The notes beneath the pieces were generated by a model. That model saw only the letters and a program-made list of their open reading frames with translations. It searched no databases and was not told the origin of the DNA. DNA of 63,988 nt, filler included, from an uncultured Methanoregulaceae archaeon (GTDB taxonomy: Archaea; Halobacteriota; Methanomicrobia; Methanomicrobiales; Methanospirillaceae), in the NCBI GenBank assembly GCA_964530035.1. It is 10 parts of 10 records of this genome, joined end to end, with 100 filler letters (N's around TTAATTAATTAA, not from the genome) between each part and the next. Parts side by side here need not be neighbours in the genome. Positions count along the whole stretch, not along the records: positions 58,528 to 63,988 come from CAZGXZ010000165.1; 9 more parts are not named here. One strand, 5' to 3'. Position numbers and translations under genes: made by a program. Shown here one piece after another: positions 63,648 through 63,988 of this stretch. The number at the start of each line of letters is the position of its first letter. Position 1 is the stretch's first letter.

Positions 63648-63988
63648 GCTAAACGTATCCCCAATAAGCTGATTCCTGTACCTCGTTCTTCAGACTATAC
63701 AAAATATACGAATCCCTGTCACCAGTCGTCATTCTGGTGCGGGCGCCCGCTACCCATTTAGTATAAGAAAAAGGATAATCTTGAGGTTTTTTATCATTAA
63801 AGGCCAGGCAACAGGCAGCAGGATATACCAGCTTTTCTTTTAGTACTGGGTGTGAGGCCGGACCGGAGGAGATCCTCACGATGAAATCATTATCCTGAAT
63901 GAGAACATCACCCGGAAGAGTAGTTTTCCTGTTTTTTAGGCTTTGTTGAAATGCTCAAATAAGAAAATCGACCGATAGATCAAAGGTA

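Overview
The window is not one locus. It is ten ~6-6.6 kb contigs of a draft or metagenome-assembled genome joined by artificial 100-bp N/TTAATTAATTAA/N linkers, so gene neighbourhoods only count within a contig. Gene content (TiaS, deoxyhypusine synthase, archaeal NusA, RPA, DUF2193, DUF2180, PEGA/PKD/beta-helix surface proteins, many PAS kinases) and GC-rich coding sequence point to a methanogenic archaeon, most likely Methanomicrobiales (inference). Most genes are housekeeping, signalling or surface genes. The best leads are: (1) a partial protein of at least 688 aa built from seven 12-cysteine repeats (46160-48228); (2) a modular, hairpin-rich dispersed intergenic repeat (fullest copy 49841-50394, partial copies at two contig ends); (3) a stand-alone 120-aa Zn-ribbon/glycyl-radical protein that looks like the detached tail of class III RNR (34737-35099); (4) a mobile-element contig (52425-58427) with a primase-helicase replicase, an Hjc-like nuclease, 15-bp tandem repeats and an AT-rich, truncated nuclease-helicase; (5) an exact HSR1-type CTAAC-N5-GTTAG operator in the hsp20 promoter. 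All family assignments come from motif recognition by eye, not database searches.
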